From positions 39,122,001 through 39,186,000 of the forward strand of contig JANJGN010000026.1 in NCBI GenBank assembly GCA_026770705.1: a stretch of DNA of 64,000 nt, read 5' to 3'. This document shows, one piece after another, positions 25,221 through 36,798 of this stretch (its first letter is position 1; every line of letters begins with the position of its first letter). The DNA is from Isurus oxyrinchus (taxonomy: Eukaryota). A model generated the notes under the pieces. It saw only the letters and a program-made list of their open reading frames with translations. It was not told the origin of the DNA and made no database searches. The position numbers and the translations under genes were made by a program.

Positions 25221-26109
25221 ATGTCGCCCGTTACTTTGAACTTATTCGTCACAGCGGCAGCTCTTTTAATTGGTAGGTTCACAATCTGCGAAACTCTGTG
25301 TTTTACATCTTGTCCAGGCATTACATTTAATCGAGTAGTTCAGTCAACACAAGGGGGGAATAGTTTGATCCAAAATGTGGAAAATCGTCCCGATCCACTT
25401 TGTACCAACACAGAACACTGCTTGAGAAAAGTAGGCGAAATTCCCAGAGTGATTGAGAACAGAGGAGTTGGGCTGGGATCCTAGACTCCATTTGTGCGCT
25501 TGAGAGACTTTGACAGATACAAGATTTCGAACCAAACACTCCGGCTGTATCCAGTTTTCCCTTCAAATCACCGGAGATGACGGTGAGGAACTGATCTCGA
25601 TAGAAGGTGCTGAATGTTCATTCAGGGAAGTTTTATTGAGTCGACACAAGCAGCTTTCCGTTACAGCACCTGAGCTGTGGGAAATATATTTCTATTTAAC
25701 TGCCATGATTTATTTATCAGGTTCCAGGTGACAGGCCGATTTTGGGAGATAGACATAGTGAAGTGACATCATTTAATTGAATATCGCTCTTGGCTCTTAC
25801 AGGGCATTGTGGAGGAGATTCTGTTTCACAGACACCGGCTGCAGTCACAGTGAGTGAAGGAGATGATGTTCAGCTGCTCTGTAATTACACAGCGACAAGC
25901 AGCAGCATTCTTTATCTATTCTGGTATCGTCAGTATCCCAGCGGATCCATAAAGTATCTGCTGAAGAGAAACAGACACATCGATAACACAGAGAGATTCC
26001 CAGGAGACCGTTTTTCAGCGGAGCTCAATGATTCGAATCACACCGTACCGCTGAAAGTGTCTAAAACAGAATTGTCAGACTCTGAGGAGTATTACTGCGC
26101 GCTGTACCC
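25221..26109 (+). CDS. TRAV/DV: TCR alpha/delta V segment, open reading frame but defective heptamer (ORF class)
   Basis: Leader 25221-25272 MSPVTLNLFVTAAALLI|; exon from 25803 GHCGGDSVSQTPAAV...LLCNY...LFWYRQ...DSEEYYCALYP; RSS TACAGAA-23-ACAAAAACT (26110-26148). Confidence 0.9.
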
Positions 26110-26329
26110 TACAGAAACACAAAGCAGGGCTGAACCTGTACAAAAACTGTCAGAGCGACACTCAACGTTACAGAGCAAGACGCAAATATTGCGATCGAGC
26201 TGAGTCTGAACTACTTCCTTAAATCGTAGTGACATCTATACATTTATTTCTAATTTCTAATTTTATTCTTAATAATTCTATTATGAAAAAATCTTAATGC
26301 GGGCATATTAGCAAAAGATAATACATTAT

Positions 26330-26745
26330 TTATATAGAGCCTTTCTTCATGTCCCAAAATGTTTCACCGTCACTGATATAATGCAATGTAGAGAAAGCAG
26401 CAGCCAAATTTTGACCAGCAGAAGACTTCAAACAGTGAGGATTCAATGGCCGGCCTCTTTCAGTAATGATGATTGACCAGGGCAATTCCCCTCCTGCCTT
26501 CGAGAAAGAGGCTGTGTGATCTATCACGTCCGCCTGAGAGGGCAAACAGTGCCATCGATTTAACATCTCATCTGAAAGCCGGTACCTCTGACTGCACCAT
26601 TCCCTGAGGATAGCACCGGGGTATCAGTATTAATCCTGGGGCTAAGCACCTTGGTGGGGCGGGGGGAAGGGTGGGCTTATGGGAATGGAAGCCTGAACCT
26701 TCTGTTTCAGGGGCAATAATGATGAGCACAGAACTTCGACTGACA
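26330..26745 (-). mobile_element. Deu-domain SINE
   Basis: tttatatagagcctttc...cctgagagggcaaac...tttaacatctcatctgaaag; homologous to 1645-1965. Confidence 0.65.
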
Positions 26746-27127
26746 ACTAGAGCTTTCAGGTTAGCTCTTGTACTCTTTATTCTCAGACATCTGTATCTTT
26801 TTAATAATACATAGAAAATGGACTAGCAGAAAGTGCAAAGCTTTTTGTAGACTTGATCGGAGCGATTACAGGCAGATGTGCAGCCTCCAATGGGCGCCCC
26901 GGTCATCCATTCTCCCAGAACAGGAGGCCAGTTTCCACGAAGGTCTCCTCGGTAAATGCCCGCATTGTCCCTACTGACAGCCTGCCGGTGTCCTGTTGAA
27001 CGGAAAGAATCTCTGAACAGAATGGCCTTAGGATCGGGGAAATCTCAGGAGGTGGTGACCGTTCATCAACCCAATCCTGGAAAAACGGATTGAAATAAAG
27101 AAAAGAAAATTGAAAAATAAACTTTAC

Positions 27128-27456
27128 TGGTCCCCGTGGAAACAGGAAACGATAAGCTTAACTCCTGGAACCAAATGTCACTCCACAAGAGAAAGACTTT
27201 TCCTGATGTCGAGTTTTCCTGACTCAGGATGTCCGGAAGCCTTTCTAACCTCAGGAAGTACGTTTCCAGTGCAGCCATTGTTTTGATCTCAGAAACATTA
27301 TTTCCACAGAGGACAGCTGGAATATTTAATTCCCTGCCAGGATGGGTTGTCACTCTCACCCTGGAATAAAGAAATTTGTGAGATCAGGTGTTTTCCGGAT
27401 ACTTTGAACTTGCAGCAAATAGTAACCAGAACATTCGGTAACGGAAAAATGGACAC
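27128..27456 (-). pseudogene. Degenerate leader plus putative germline-joined V-J exon relic
   Basis: Leader-like (V)SIFPLPNVLVTIC|gcaagt; acceptor at 27361; then PESGKLD-SGK..FSCGVTFG(P)GVKLIV. Needs several frameshifts. Positional paralog of 47470-47676. Confidence 0.4.
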
Positions 27457-28050
27457 CTCTTTCTCTAAGGCACATTGAGGGACTATATGATTAGAAACAT
27501 TGCGCTAACCTTCTTATTCAGCCAACCCAGTGACATTGGAATACAATGATTTAGAGTGTTCATCCTCTAAGTCCCCTAAGCCATTCTCCTTCTGCTTCAG
27601 CCACCATACCCTAAGAAGCCGTTGGTAACGGTGGACTTGCATTGTACTTGCCTATGATTATGTTTGGCAAAGTATTGCAGTTGTTTGCCGTTGCCTTCTC
27701 CAGGAATCTCTCCAGCTCTTGTCACCTGCCATCAGGCATATTGGAAGGATCTATAGGCTGATAATCAACCTTTTTGACCAAGTTAGGAACTGACCTCCTG
27801 CGGCCATCAAGTCCTAAACTGGCACTTGAACCTGAAGCTTCTGGCCTGAAAGTATGAACGCTACCAGTGCTAGGGTAGACCGTCTTCTCAGCCATAGCAC
27901 GCGTAATTCATATATAGGCCCTTGCGTTAAATAACTATCGGTTGCGGTGAGGTGTCACGACGCTAAACTATTTCCTGTAATCCCCAGCTGTCATCTGTGA
28001 CAGCGGTGAACTGACGGCTTTGTCAGCTTCAGACACAGAAACGGACTTCA

Positions 28051-28065
28051 AGCGCCATCTAGTGG
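28051..28065 (-). promoter_or_regulatory. CTCF-like motif
   Basis: CCACTAGATGGCGCT, near consensus. Confidence 0.55.
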
Positions 28066-28600
28066 AATCTTACCTGTGAAACAGCGGTTCTCATTTTATT
28101 CTTGAATATTGCTGCATGATATTGCTGGATAATTATTATGGACTATTATTATGGGTTATATTTTTGCTCAGATTTTATTATTACTGCATCTGATGCCTTT
28201 TTTCATTGCTTGCTTTTGCTACATTTGCTATTTCATATTAGTTGCAAGATTATTTGTCTCAGTTTTCCGATATGCCTACGTCATTTGCACAGTACATGTC
28301 ATTTGCACACATAGATGATCTTCTCATTAATAAATTCATAAATCCATAGCTGATGAGCTTGGATTGTAAATTTCTAAAGAATGGAATGCTTCAGAGATCC
28401 CTAAACAAAAAACAAGATGTGTCAACCAAATATCAATAAGCGAATGTATCAGAGCATTTTTCTACGAGTAGAAATAAAAATAAAATATATTTCAATGGCA
28501 GTCATTTATTCGCATGATGAATTTTGCATTTTTTTTCTTTCCATCACACTCACTTCTAAAGCCCATGGGCTTGTTGTCTCCTCAGTCCCCGTGTCGAGCG

Positions 28601-28920
28601 AGCTATTGCACAGGCTCCTCGTCTCTTTGTTTCACCGTGCCTCACTGCACTTTAATATACCGCAGCGTCTGACAGATCAACCGTATTAACATTGAGAGTG
28701 GTGGAGCTTTTCTCACGGTCCTCAGTTATGTTAAACCTTCCCCCAACCCTTTCATCTCCGTATTTGGACACGAGACACTCCGGAGCTTGATTGGAGAATT
28801 TCCGGTACCAGAATGCAAGATCATTTGTAGCGAATGTAGCATTGTGATGAAACGACATGGTTTGTCCCACAGTTCCCCGATACACCGATATCTGAAAAGT
28901 CTTCCAGTGACAAGGAACAA
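28601..28920 (-). pseudogene. TRAV/DV: TCR V pseudogene (both Cys lost, stop codon)
   Basis: GQTMSFHH...LAFWYRKFSNQAPECLV...DLSDAAVY*SAVR; RSS CACGGTG-23-GCAATAGCT. Confidence 0.85.
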
Positions 28921-29016
28921 CTGCGAAAACATTAATAACATTAGCTTAATGATACAAACAAGCATAAAGCGCTTGCCGATATTGGCAGAATATACTAATC
29001 GAACTATCTATCTATT

Positions 29017-29106
29017 TCAAAAACAGAATTACCTGGAAAAACTCAGTAGGTCTGGCAGCATCGGCGGAGAAGAAAAGAGTTGACGTTTCGAGTCCTCATG
29101 ACCCTT
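29017..29106 (-). mobile_element. Short Penelope-like tail
   Basis: Same tail sequence as 18821-18913. Confidence 0.75.
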
Positions 29107-29446
29107 CTCTGTTTGTCTATCTATCTACATTCCTCTCTATCTATCTACTTGTCCATCTATGTAACTCATCATTTTTCAATCTTTCTTTCGCATATCTAAT
29201 ATTTAGGTATCTGAGAGGCAGAGTTAATTTTTCTGTCTTTCTCTTTACGTTGAACAAGAAAACATCGGAAAACTTATTTAATATCTTTCGATGCTCTGTA
29301 TGTATAGTAACAGCGGTAGGATGTTGTAACTTTATCCAGATGAAAGTAAAACCATGGGAAAGTAGCGTTTCTGAACATCGCCGTCATTTCTAAAAGTTCT
29401 TGTTTGGAGAAAGATTAAAGGTGCAGCGGAGACACAGCAGTGAACA

Positions 29447-29888
29447 AGATATCGTACAACCGGATCCGCTCTTTGTCTCAATGTGTCTGCTTCCCGCAAT
29501 GATACATTTTGGCGTCCAGGACCGCCGTGTTATCTACAGAGATGGTATTGGCCTTCTTTGCTCGGTCAAAGGACAGTGTAGCATCCTTTAGTCACATTCC
29601 CCTGGAAAATGGAGGCGATAAATGTCGGAGCCCCTGTCAGTGTTTGTCTGTACCAGGCTACGGTATAACCAGAGCAACGGAGAACCGACAGTCCAGTTCA
29701 AACCGTTCCACTTCCCGAGACACCACCTGCTCAGGGTGGGAGCTCTGATCCTCACACTGAACGGCTATGAACAAAAGAAAAAACACTGAACCACCACGAG
29801 GTACTGAGAGATTGATAAAAATAATGCATCTGATGAGATAAATAAACTCACACAATATCAACAGCAACACGGCTCCAACTGGAATCAG
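29447..29888 (-). pseudogene. TRAV/DV: TCR V pseudogene (short-leader family)
   Basis: 37-nt leader (L)IPVGAVLLLIL|gtgagt; AVQCEDQ...FELDCRFS, frameshift, YTVAWYRQTLTGAPTFI...DAKMYHCGKQ; RSS CACATTG-23-ACGATATCT. Confidence 0.85.
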
Positions 29889-32409
29889 GTCTTTGCTGGA
29901 GGTTCTGTTCAGGACGATGAAAATGGACGAAAGGCGGATCAATCAGGGCCTAATTTCCAGACTGGGATTTGCTGCCGAGTCTAGGACTCTCAATGGTGGG
30001 AAGGTGGAGGGGAGAGTGGAGGGCTTTACATTCTCCTCTTAAATGTGAGACTGATGGGCCGCATTCTCACCGATTGGACAATTATAAGTTGTCGCTATAT
30101 GACAATATTCATGGTGCTAACCAGTGTTTGGCAGTTTCCCAAAACTTATACCACTTGAACCGTCACTGCTTCCGAACCTCTCTGCTTCCTGTATGTAGCA
30201 CGAGGTTATATTGTTTCATAATGCCTGTGCTCTGTTGTCTTTATAACGGAGAAGAGTCATTGGTCATCTTACAACACAAAGAGAGGAAGTTCGACCCGCT
30301 ACCCATGTGTGCTGGCTGTAATGTAGCGGTATACACTTATTGTGAATCATCTGTCCGCTGCCCGTATATTGTGTCTTTAAAAATAATCTTTTAACTGGTC
30401 AAATGTTGACCTATTTGTCTTCTAAATTACTTGTACATTTTGTTTTCATCGATATTTCTCATGGACCATCACATCCGCTAACATTCCACTGCTCAAAATA
30501 TGAAAACGGTCTCCTCTCCCCTCCACTAGAATACTCGTGAACTTAAATGATGCCATCCAGTTACCCATCGATTCACTCTCTCTTTTTAACCTTTTCCAAA
30601 CCTTTCTTGATTGGGTACAATTCTGTCAGTCCACTCCTTAGCCTTCCTTATCCTGGTGAAAAGATCTCCAGTTGCTCAGGTTTCTGCTCATGATTATCAT
30701 CTGTCGCCCGGCAACATCGTTCACAGTCCATCCTGCACACTGTCTGTCAGGTTGACACCAAACGAAAGAAGAGTTACAAAACTGACCCAAGAGTATGAAC
30801 TGTGTCCTCAGCAATGACGTGTCCAGCTTTATCCTTGATTCTGAGTTTAACAATCCGCGTCCCTGTTGATTAAACACGATTCTTTAACTCTTTATCAGCA
30901 GCTTGTTCCACACTTTCTGCATCTGTGTTCTGAATTCTTTCTCCTCCTTTACCCAATACATTAATATTTGCTTCTTAGTACCCCATAACCTTTCACCCCC
31001 TTGCTTGTCAAGAGCCTATTTATCTCTGCCTCAAAAGGCGGTGGAAGCGACGTCTTTGAATATTTTAAGGCAGAGCTAGATAGATTCTTGATAAGCAAGG
31101 GGGTGAAAGATTATCGGGAGTAGGAAGGAATCTGGGGTTCAGGATACAATCAGATCAGCCATGATGTTATTAAATGGCAGAGCAGTTCGAGGGGCCGAGT
31201 GGCTTACTCCTGCTTCTACTGAGTATGTTAGTCTGTTGGTTCCAATCGGATTTCGTCTACTTTGCATTTTGTTCGCGGAGGAGACAAACAGACACAACAA
31301 TTTTAGGTTTTCCTTCAGATGATTAACTGGATTGTTCTTCTGACGTTGGCTGACAGTTATTTCGCTGCGCTACCTGCGCGGGTATTTCTAATGGGTCAAG
31401 CCCGCCACCTGCCGTTATATTTGGGTAAATTTGTTTTGTCGAATTAATCAAACTCGGAATGGTCTTTCAGACGCGAAACGTTAACTGTCTTCCTCTCCAC
31501 AAATGCTGCCAGACCTGCTGAGTTTTTCCAGCAACTCTTGTTTTTGTTTCAGATTTCCAGCATCTGCAACATTTTGCTTTTGTCATCGAACTCGGTATTT
31601 AAATATTTTTCTTAAAATTTTAATGTGGAATGGACATTTTCAATGGGGAGACATTGTCCCAACACAATTGTAAAGATTGTGGACGTTGCATTTTTATGTA
31701 TTTTATTTGAAGTGACAACAAATCATAAAAACGAAGTATAATTAACAAACAAATAAAGCATGCGCTGCAGGGTTTGGGCATCGCTCGCAGTTCACCTCCT
31801 GGTTGTCCATCCGTAAGTGGACCCTTCAACGCCTGAATCTCCCAACTTTAACAATATGGCCCAGCATGTTTGGTGCATCCCATTGAAATCGTGCCCCACA
31901 TAGGCAGAGAATGCAATGAAGTAATGAACAACATTATGGGATGTTTACATCGAGCCAACAAGGGCACAAGTCAGAGGAATTCCTGAATGTAACATACAGT
32001 CTTTAGTTATATCAGCCAAGTAAGAATGAGATCATCAAAGTTTGGCGGTAGTGCAGAGGTGGCCCAGGAGTGTAATGCTTCAGCTTGTGGTCTGTGAGTC
32101 GAAAGGAAAATCTAAGACAGTCTTCTCGGACTGTTATCTGTTGATTATTGGCCTCACAAACTGAACGATAATTGGACCGGTTTTCACAGAGTGACAGAGT
32201 CCAACAATATGAAATAACCCCCATAATAATTAGAGGACATTGTAGGGGTTTGGTGTTTTCTATAAAGACGAGTTAAATTGGCGGTAATATTTTAAGCCGA
32301 GAATGGATGATCGGATGGAAATTAGGCAGAGAGTAAGGGTAACGAGAATTAAATTGGGCCGAACTCTTCCTCTTCCGTCAGTATCCGTCAGAATCAGGCC
32401 ACGAACAAT

Positions 32410-32965
32410 TCACCTCCTGACTCCCCAAAGCCTGTTCACGATCAATAAGGCACAAGTCAGGAATGTGATGGAATACCCCCCACTTGCCTGGATGAGTGCA
32501 GCCCTCACAACTCTCACGGAGCTTGACACCATCCAGGAAAAAGCAGCCTGCTTGATATTCACCACATCTACAAACATTTACTCCCTCTACGCACAGGAGC
32601 AGCAGTGTGCACCATCTACAAAATGCACTGCAGGAATTCACCAAGGCTCCTTCAACAGCACCTTCCAAACCCACGACCACTACCACCCTAGAAAGACAAG
32701 GGTAGCAGATCGTCAGGAACACCACCACCTGGATGTTGTCCTCCAAGTTGCCTTCAATCATGATCCTGATTTGCAATTAAATCGCTGTTCCTTCACTGCC
32801 ACTGGTTCAAAATCCTGGAACTCCCTTCCTAACAGCACTGTGGTTCTACCTACATCAGATGGAATGCAGCGGTTCAAGAAGGCAGCTCACCAGCTTCTCA
32901 AGGGCAATTAGGGACGGGCAATAAATGCTGGCCCAGCTAGCGAAGCCCACGTCACGTGAATGAAT
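32410..32965 (+). mobile_element. L2/Crack-like LINE 3' fragment
   Basis: HLLTPQSLFTINKAQVRNVMEYPPLAW...RFKKAAHQLLKGN*, tail gggcaataaatgctggcc. Confidence 0.75.
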
Positions 32966-33546
32966 CATAAAAAAGTACCTTCTGACTTTGAGATTGATCT
33001 GCTGCAGTGAAAAGACCAACACAATAATTGAGTCTCTTGAGACGATGTGGAATAAATTGTACACTGACAATTTCCCCAATTTAACTAATAATAAATGAGC
33101 AGTATCTTGTGTGGTGATCTACCGTGGCCATCTGTAATCAGGCGTTTGTGTGTGTGTGGGTGTGTGTGTGTGTGCACCTGTGCGTTCATCAGTATGTGAC
33201 TGTGCCGATGTCCAGTTTTCTAGGTGATGTTTGTGCTGCCCAGCGGAGGGCGCTTTCTGGTTACTTGGTTCCCCTGCTACATGAAATGGTTGTTCGGAGA
33301 GATATAAATGTTGAAGAGATTCCCACCGACTTGCTGTGGTCTTGGCACTGTTTTATAATTTCTGCCGCCCATCGCCTCTCCCATCACCACCCAACCCCGA
33401 CCCACCACCAACCCACCCCCCCCTCCACCCCACAGGGCCCCCCACCCGACCACCCCCCCCAAACCCCCAATCCACCGACCCCCCAAACCCCCAATCCTTA
33501 TCTACAATTAATCAAAATTTCTCATTCTATAGTTCAGGCTAGGATG

Positions 33547-33760
33547 ATGGAAGTGGAATTCGGTCTTTGGTTATTGTCCTGTTGTCTGGTCAGTGAGATT
33601 GGGAATTTACTACAATATTCCACCATTTAGTATAATTTCCCAAATCCATCTCCAGTGACTATTCTGTTTCTGTTAATTCGTCTCACCCGTTGTGTGGCCG
33701 CTTTTCATTTTCAGAGATGAGTAACGGGCATTCAGTATCCCAGTCAAAACAAGAAACCAA
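33547..33760 (+). pseudogene. TRAV/DV: Truncated TCR V (leader plus first ~15 codons), paralog of the 55.3-kb V
   Basis: MEVEFGLWLLSCCLV|gtgag ... ttttcag|AGATGAGTAACGGGCATTCAGTATCCCAG (MSNGHSVSQ); homology then stops. Confidence 0.75.
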
Positions 33761-34167
33761 ATCGGATGCTTCCCTGGGAAATTATAAAGGAAATGAATGA
33801 GAAAATACATCCTGATCCAGGCAGTTTTCTCCAGATGGAATCATCGCTCTCAGTCTTAGGACAATTGAAATTTATCGATCATTTTAAGTTAGGGTCAAGT
33901 TCAGATATTCAGATATTAGAAAAGACATGTAGGTTTCTGAATGAATACCAGACCCCCACTTCCTTTGGCTTCACACTTCAGGTCAAATTTGGAAAAGATC
34001 CCTCACCATTGCAGAGTCATGATCGCTTAATTATGCCCCTCATTCTCTTTCGGTGATGACTAGTAATGCAAGCCATTGTCTGTGGATCGATTTTCATTAT
34101 TTTCCACTTCATGTGTTACAGGGAGGGTTGGGGGTGGAGAGATGGAGACAAAGAGAGAGGGGGAAAC

Positions 34168-34199
<32 letters not shown>

Positions 34200-34403
34200 A
34201 GAGAGAGAGAAAAAAAAGACGGAAAGAAAGATACAAAGAATGAAAGAAAGTAAGAGGGATAGAGAGACAAAGCCAAACCAACTCCCCGTGTTCACACAAT
34301 AAGTGGAATCCCTTCTGTTTTTAATTTCCTCTTTAATATCAGAAAGAATGGTCAATAAATTTAAACATTCTGCTATTCTCTATCATATTCAAAAGCAGAT
34401 ATT

Positions 34404-34845
34404 ATGTGCTCGACGTGTCTCTTTCTGATAATAGCATTTGTGCTATTATTCGTGAGCTTATGCTTGAATGGACGGGACGCGTTCCATTGGCTAGATTTAC
34501 TGCCAGAATTTTGACAAACTTTGTGTTTCTGTTACAAGAACGAGTGGCTAAGATTCAGTGTCTCAGGATCCTTCCAATTTAACGGTTCAAAGAGGACAGA
34601 AGCTGATCTGTAGTTACTCCACATCCACCAGCACACTCTATCTCTACTGATAGATCAAATATCCCGGGGGTGTTCCGAGATATTTACTGAAGAGTTTCAG
34701 CAATGCACAAGGAGATAATTCTCCAGTTTTCCCAGACAGGTTTTCTCCTGATTTGGCCAAAAACCCTTGCCTCTGACTCTGCCGTGTATCACTGAGCAGA
34801 GAGCCCCATACTGTTACAGAGCCATAGTCAGAATGTACAAAAGCC
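34404..34845 (+). pseudogene. TRAV/DV: TCR V pseudogene
   Basis: Leader MCSTCLFLIIAFVLLF; DSVSQDPS...LICSYST...LYLY**IKYPGGVPRYLL...PDRFS, deletion, DSAVYH*; RSS CATACTG-23-ACAAAAGCC. Confidence 0.87.
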
Positions 34846-35394
34846 TCATCTACTGTCACAGAATCAATTCTGGGGCCTGGATTGTTACCTGGTAATAGAA
34901 CTGAAACCAACGTAAAGACTAGTATGGCTGAATGGTACATTGCTACGTTGCAGGCCCTGTGTCCTTCTCTGTAGCCTTCCTCTTAATATCAGCTGTGGGT
35001 GGTTCCCAAGATTAGTAAGCAACACCTTTAATGCAGCCTGCGGTATTCATACAAGGCCAACACTAACCATTTCCCTTCATTGCCAACTCCTCACACACAG
35101 CCCTATGAAAGGGCCAACACTTAGTTGAATCCTCATCTCGGTCCCCGCTGGAGGAAGAATAACTTCACTGATCCATTGCACTCCTCTCTGACGCAACTAA
35201 TTGGAGAGCAAAGGACTGTGAGTTGATTGGATGAATTGGAGGACAAAGGATCGTGGAGCTGATTGGACGTCACTTGTTGACTCTTGCAGCAATGGATGAA
35301 TCGCTCGGGAGACTGGATATAAACGAACATCTTCAACTCTCCAATTACTGATTCAGTCCGTTCTGTTTCAATCCACCACCAACTCGGGGGAAAC

Positions 35395-35919
35395 ATGTTG
35401 GCTTTTGCTCTTTACTCATTTCTCACAGCTGCAGCTCTCTTACCCAGTAAGTCGACAAGTTACACAAGCTTCCTCTTGCAGGAATCGTTGACATTCATTT
35501 AATGGTGTTTCCCTCGATCTACATTGTGATCTGTTACATTGTCCTGCTAATTATCATAAAATGACAATAAAATAAGATATTAACTTTCTGTATGCCTAAA
35601 TTTCTGCAGAAATTCAGGGTGCAGACTCCAGCTCACAAGAGTCCGTTACATCAATGCGATTTGAAGGAGATGAGGTGACAATTAAGTACAGCTATTCATT
35701 TCCTTCAACTGCTTCATATTACAATCAACTGTACCGCCAAGACCGGGATAAAGGCCCAACCTTCTTGATCTACATCCCTAAATATGGAGATGTTTTCAAA
35801 GCCGATGGCATTGGGACTCGATTTTCTGCATCTCTCGACACTTTGAAAAGTGAGGGGAATTTCACCATCCATGACCTGCGGTTGTCTGACAGTGTGATAT
35901 ATTACTGCGGGCTGAGAGA
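35395..35919 (+). CDS. TRAV/DV: Atypical TCR alpha/delta V gene segment: intact structure but Cys23->Tyr and Trp41->Leu
   Basis: Leader 35395-35446 MLAFALYSFLTAAALLP|gtaagt; exon 35610-35919 KIQGADSSSQESVTSMRFEGDEVTIKYSYSFPSTASYYNQLYRQDRDKGPTFLIYIPKYGDVFKADGIGTRFSASLDTLKSEGNFTIHDLRLSDSVIYYCGLRD; no stops. Confidence 0.9.
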
Positions 35920-35958
35920 CACAGTGACAGGAACCAGAGGGACCCCCGTACAAAAACG
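35920..35958 (+). other. 23-RSS
   Basis: CACAGTG-23-ACAAAAACG. Confidence 0.95.
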
Positions 35959-36379
35959 CTGCCGCAAGGTGACAGGGTGAACAGAATAACTGGTTGTGTA
36001 CTGAGATAACAATTGTTAATAATTAACAAAGGAGAGCAAAGTATGCCACTCCCAATAGTCCTGAACAGACGTGTCATATTTCAGATTTCATGAATAATAT
36101 GTTGAGCAATTGGCAGGAGGAACTCCCTGCAAGCTGATTCGATCCTTCTATTCACTGCCCATCTATTTCTTGACTCTGCTTAGCATTCCACCAGCGTGGA
36201 GTGAAAAGAGAAAATCTTCCCCTTGTGTGTCGCCAGCGGAAGAAAAATCAGAACTAACACTGTCAGCAAGATAAGCCTGGTTAGCGACAGTGACTGAAAT
36301 AAACTGAATATCTACATCTATATGGAACATATCGAATTATTTATTTGAGAGCGCTTCTTTTCCGTCAATGAAATATCAA

Positions 36380-36798
36380 ACTATCTCTCAGGTCAATGAG
36401 AGATCAAATTCAGCACAATGCTCAGCACCATTCGCAACTCTTCAGGTACTGAAACAGTCCATGTCCAAATGCAGCAAGGCCTGGACAATATCCAGGCTTG
36501 GGCTGACAAGTGACAGGTACATTTCGCACCACACAATTGCGAGGCAATAATCATCTCCAACAAGAGAGCATCTAACAATCGCTCCTTGACAATCAGTGGT
36601 ATTACCATTGCTGAATCGCCCACTATCAACACCCTGGGGGCCACTCTTGACCAGAAACTGAACTGGACTAGTCATATAAATATTATGGCTACAAGAACTT
36701 GTCAGAGGCTAGGAATTGTGGGACGAGCAACTCACTTCCTGGTTCCTCAAAGCCCGGCTATCATCTTCAAGGCACAAGTCAGGAGTGCTATGGAACAC
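36380..36798 (+). mobile_element. L2/Crack-like LINE RT fragment
   Basis: MQQGLDNIQAWADK, GITIAESPTINTLGATLDQKLNWTSHIN, KAQVRSAME. Confidence 0.75.
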
